A stretch of 38,352 nt of DNA, taken from NCBI GenBank assembly GCA_947168035.1, contig CAMVKF010000003.1:1-38352 (forward strand). The letters run 5' to 3'. How positions within the stretch are numbered: position 1 is the first letter of the stretch; every line of letters starts with the position of its first letter. A program made the translations under genes and the position numbers. The notes beneath the pieces are model-generated. The model made no database searches. It was not told where the DNA came from and worked only from the letters and a program-made list of their open reading frames with translations. Shown here one piece after another: positions 38,298-38,352 of the stretch. This DNA comes from an uncultured Clostridia bacterium (lineage in GTDB: Bacteria; Bacillota; Clostridia; TANB77; CAG-508).

Positions 38298-38352
38298 GGG
38301 CTATTAGCTCAGGTGGTAGAGCACTTGACTTTTAATCAAGTTGTCCCGCGTT
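38298..38352 (+). tRNA. tRNA-Lys(UUU), 3'-truncated by window edge
   Basis: GGGCTAT TA GCTC-AGGTGGTA-GAGC A CTTGA-CTTTTAA-TCAAG TTGTC CCGCG TT; standard 7-nt anticodon loop with TTT. Confidence 0.92.

Noticed and set aside
38298-38352. tRNA as a frameshift-suppressor explaining the CGG pattern, or as an integration site
   Set aside because: It is a Lys(UUU) tRNA with a normal 7-nt anticodon loop; no integrase or duplicated 3' end is visible, and the gene is cut by the window edge.

Overview
This is an AT-rich chromosomal window from a low-GC Bacillota (Clostridia-like) organism; I found no prophage, transposase or CRISPR array. In order it contains: the 3' part of an Ig-like (Big_2) repeat surface protein; mecA; two cohesin-like surface proteins; a DUF4321-radC-mreB-mreC-mreD-pbp2-minC cell-shape operon; three small minus-strand ORFs; a ~22 kb tandem duplication of a two-gene cassette of giant surface proteins (a DUF11/SdrD-B-type protein plus a putative Cys-Gln thioester-domain adhesin with SpaA/CnaB repeats); a WG-repeat protein; a cysteine desulfurase; carD; and a truncated tRNA-Lys. 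The main observation concerns reading-frame breaks. All five that I could find (cohesin-like gene, mreD, the giant adhesin twice, iscS) are +1 shifts at an in-frame CGG codon followed by A or T, and the protein continues with a Gly codon (C-GGA/C-GGT). By eye I found no in-frame CGG in any uninterrupted gene. This suggests lineage-wide recoding of CGG(A/U) as a +1 frameshift or four-base Gly codon; a systematic sequencing artefact still has to be excluded. Several long intergenic palindromes and recurring regulatory motifs are also present.
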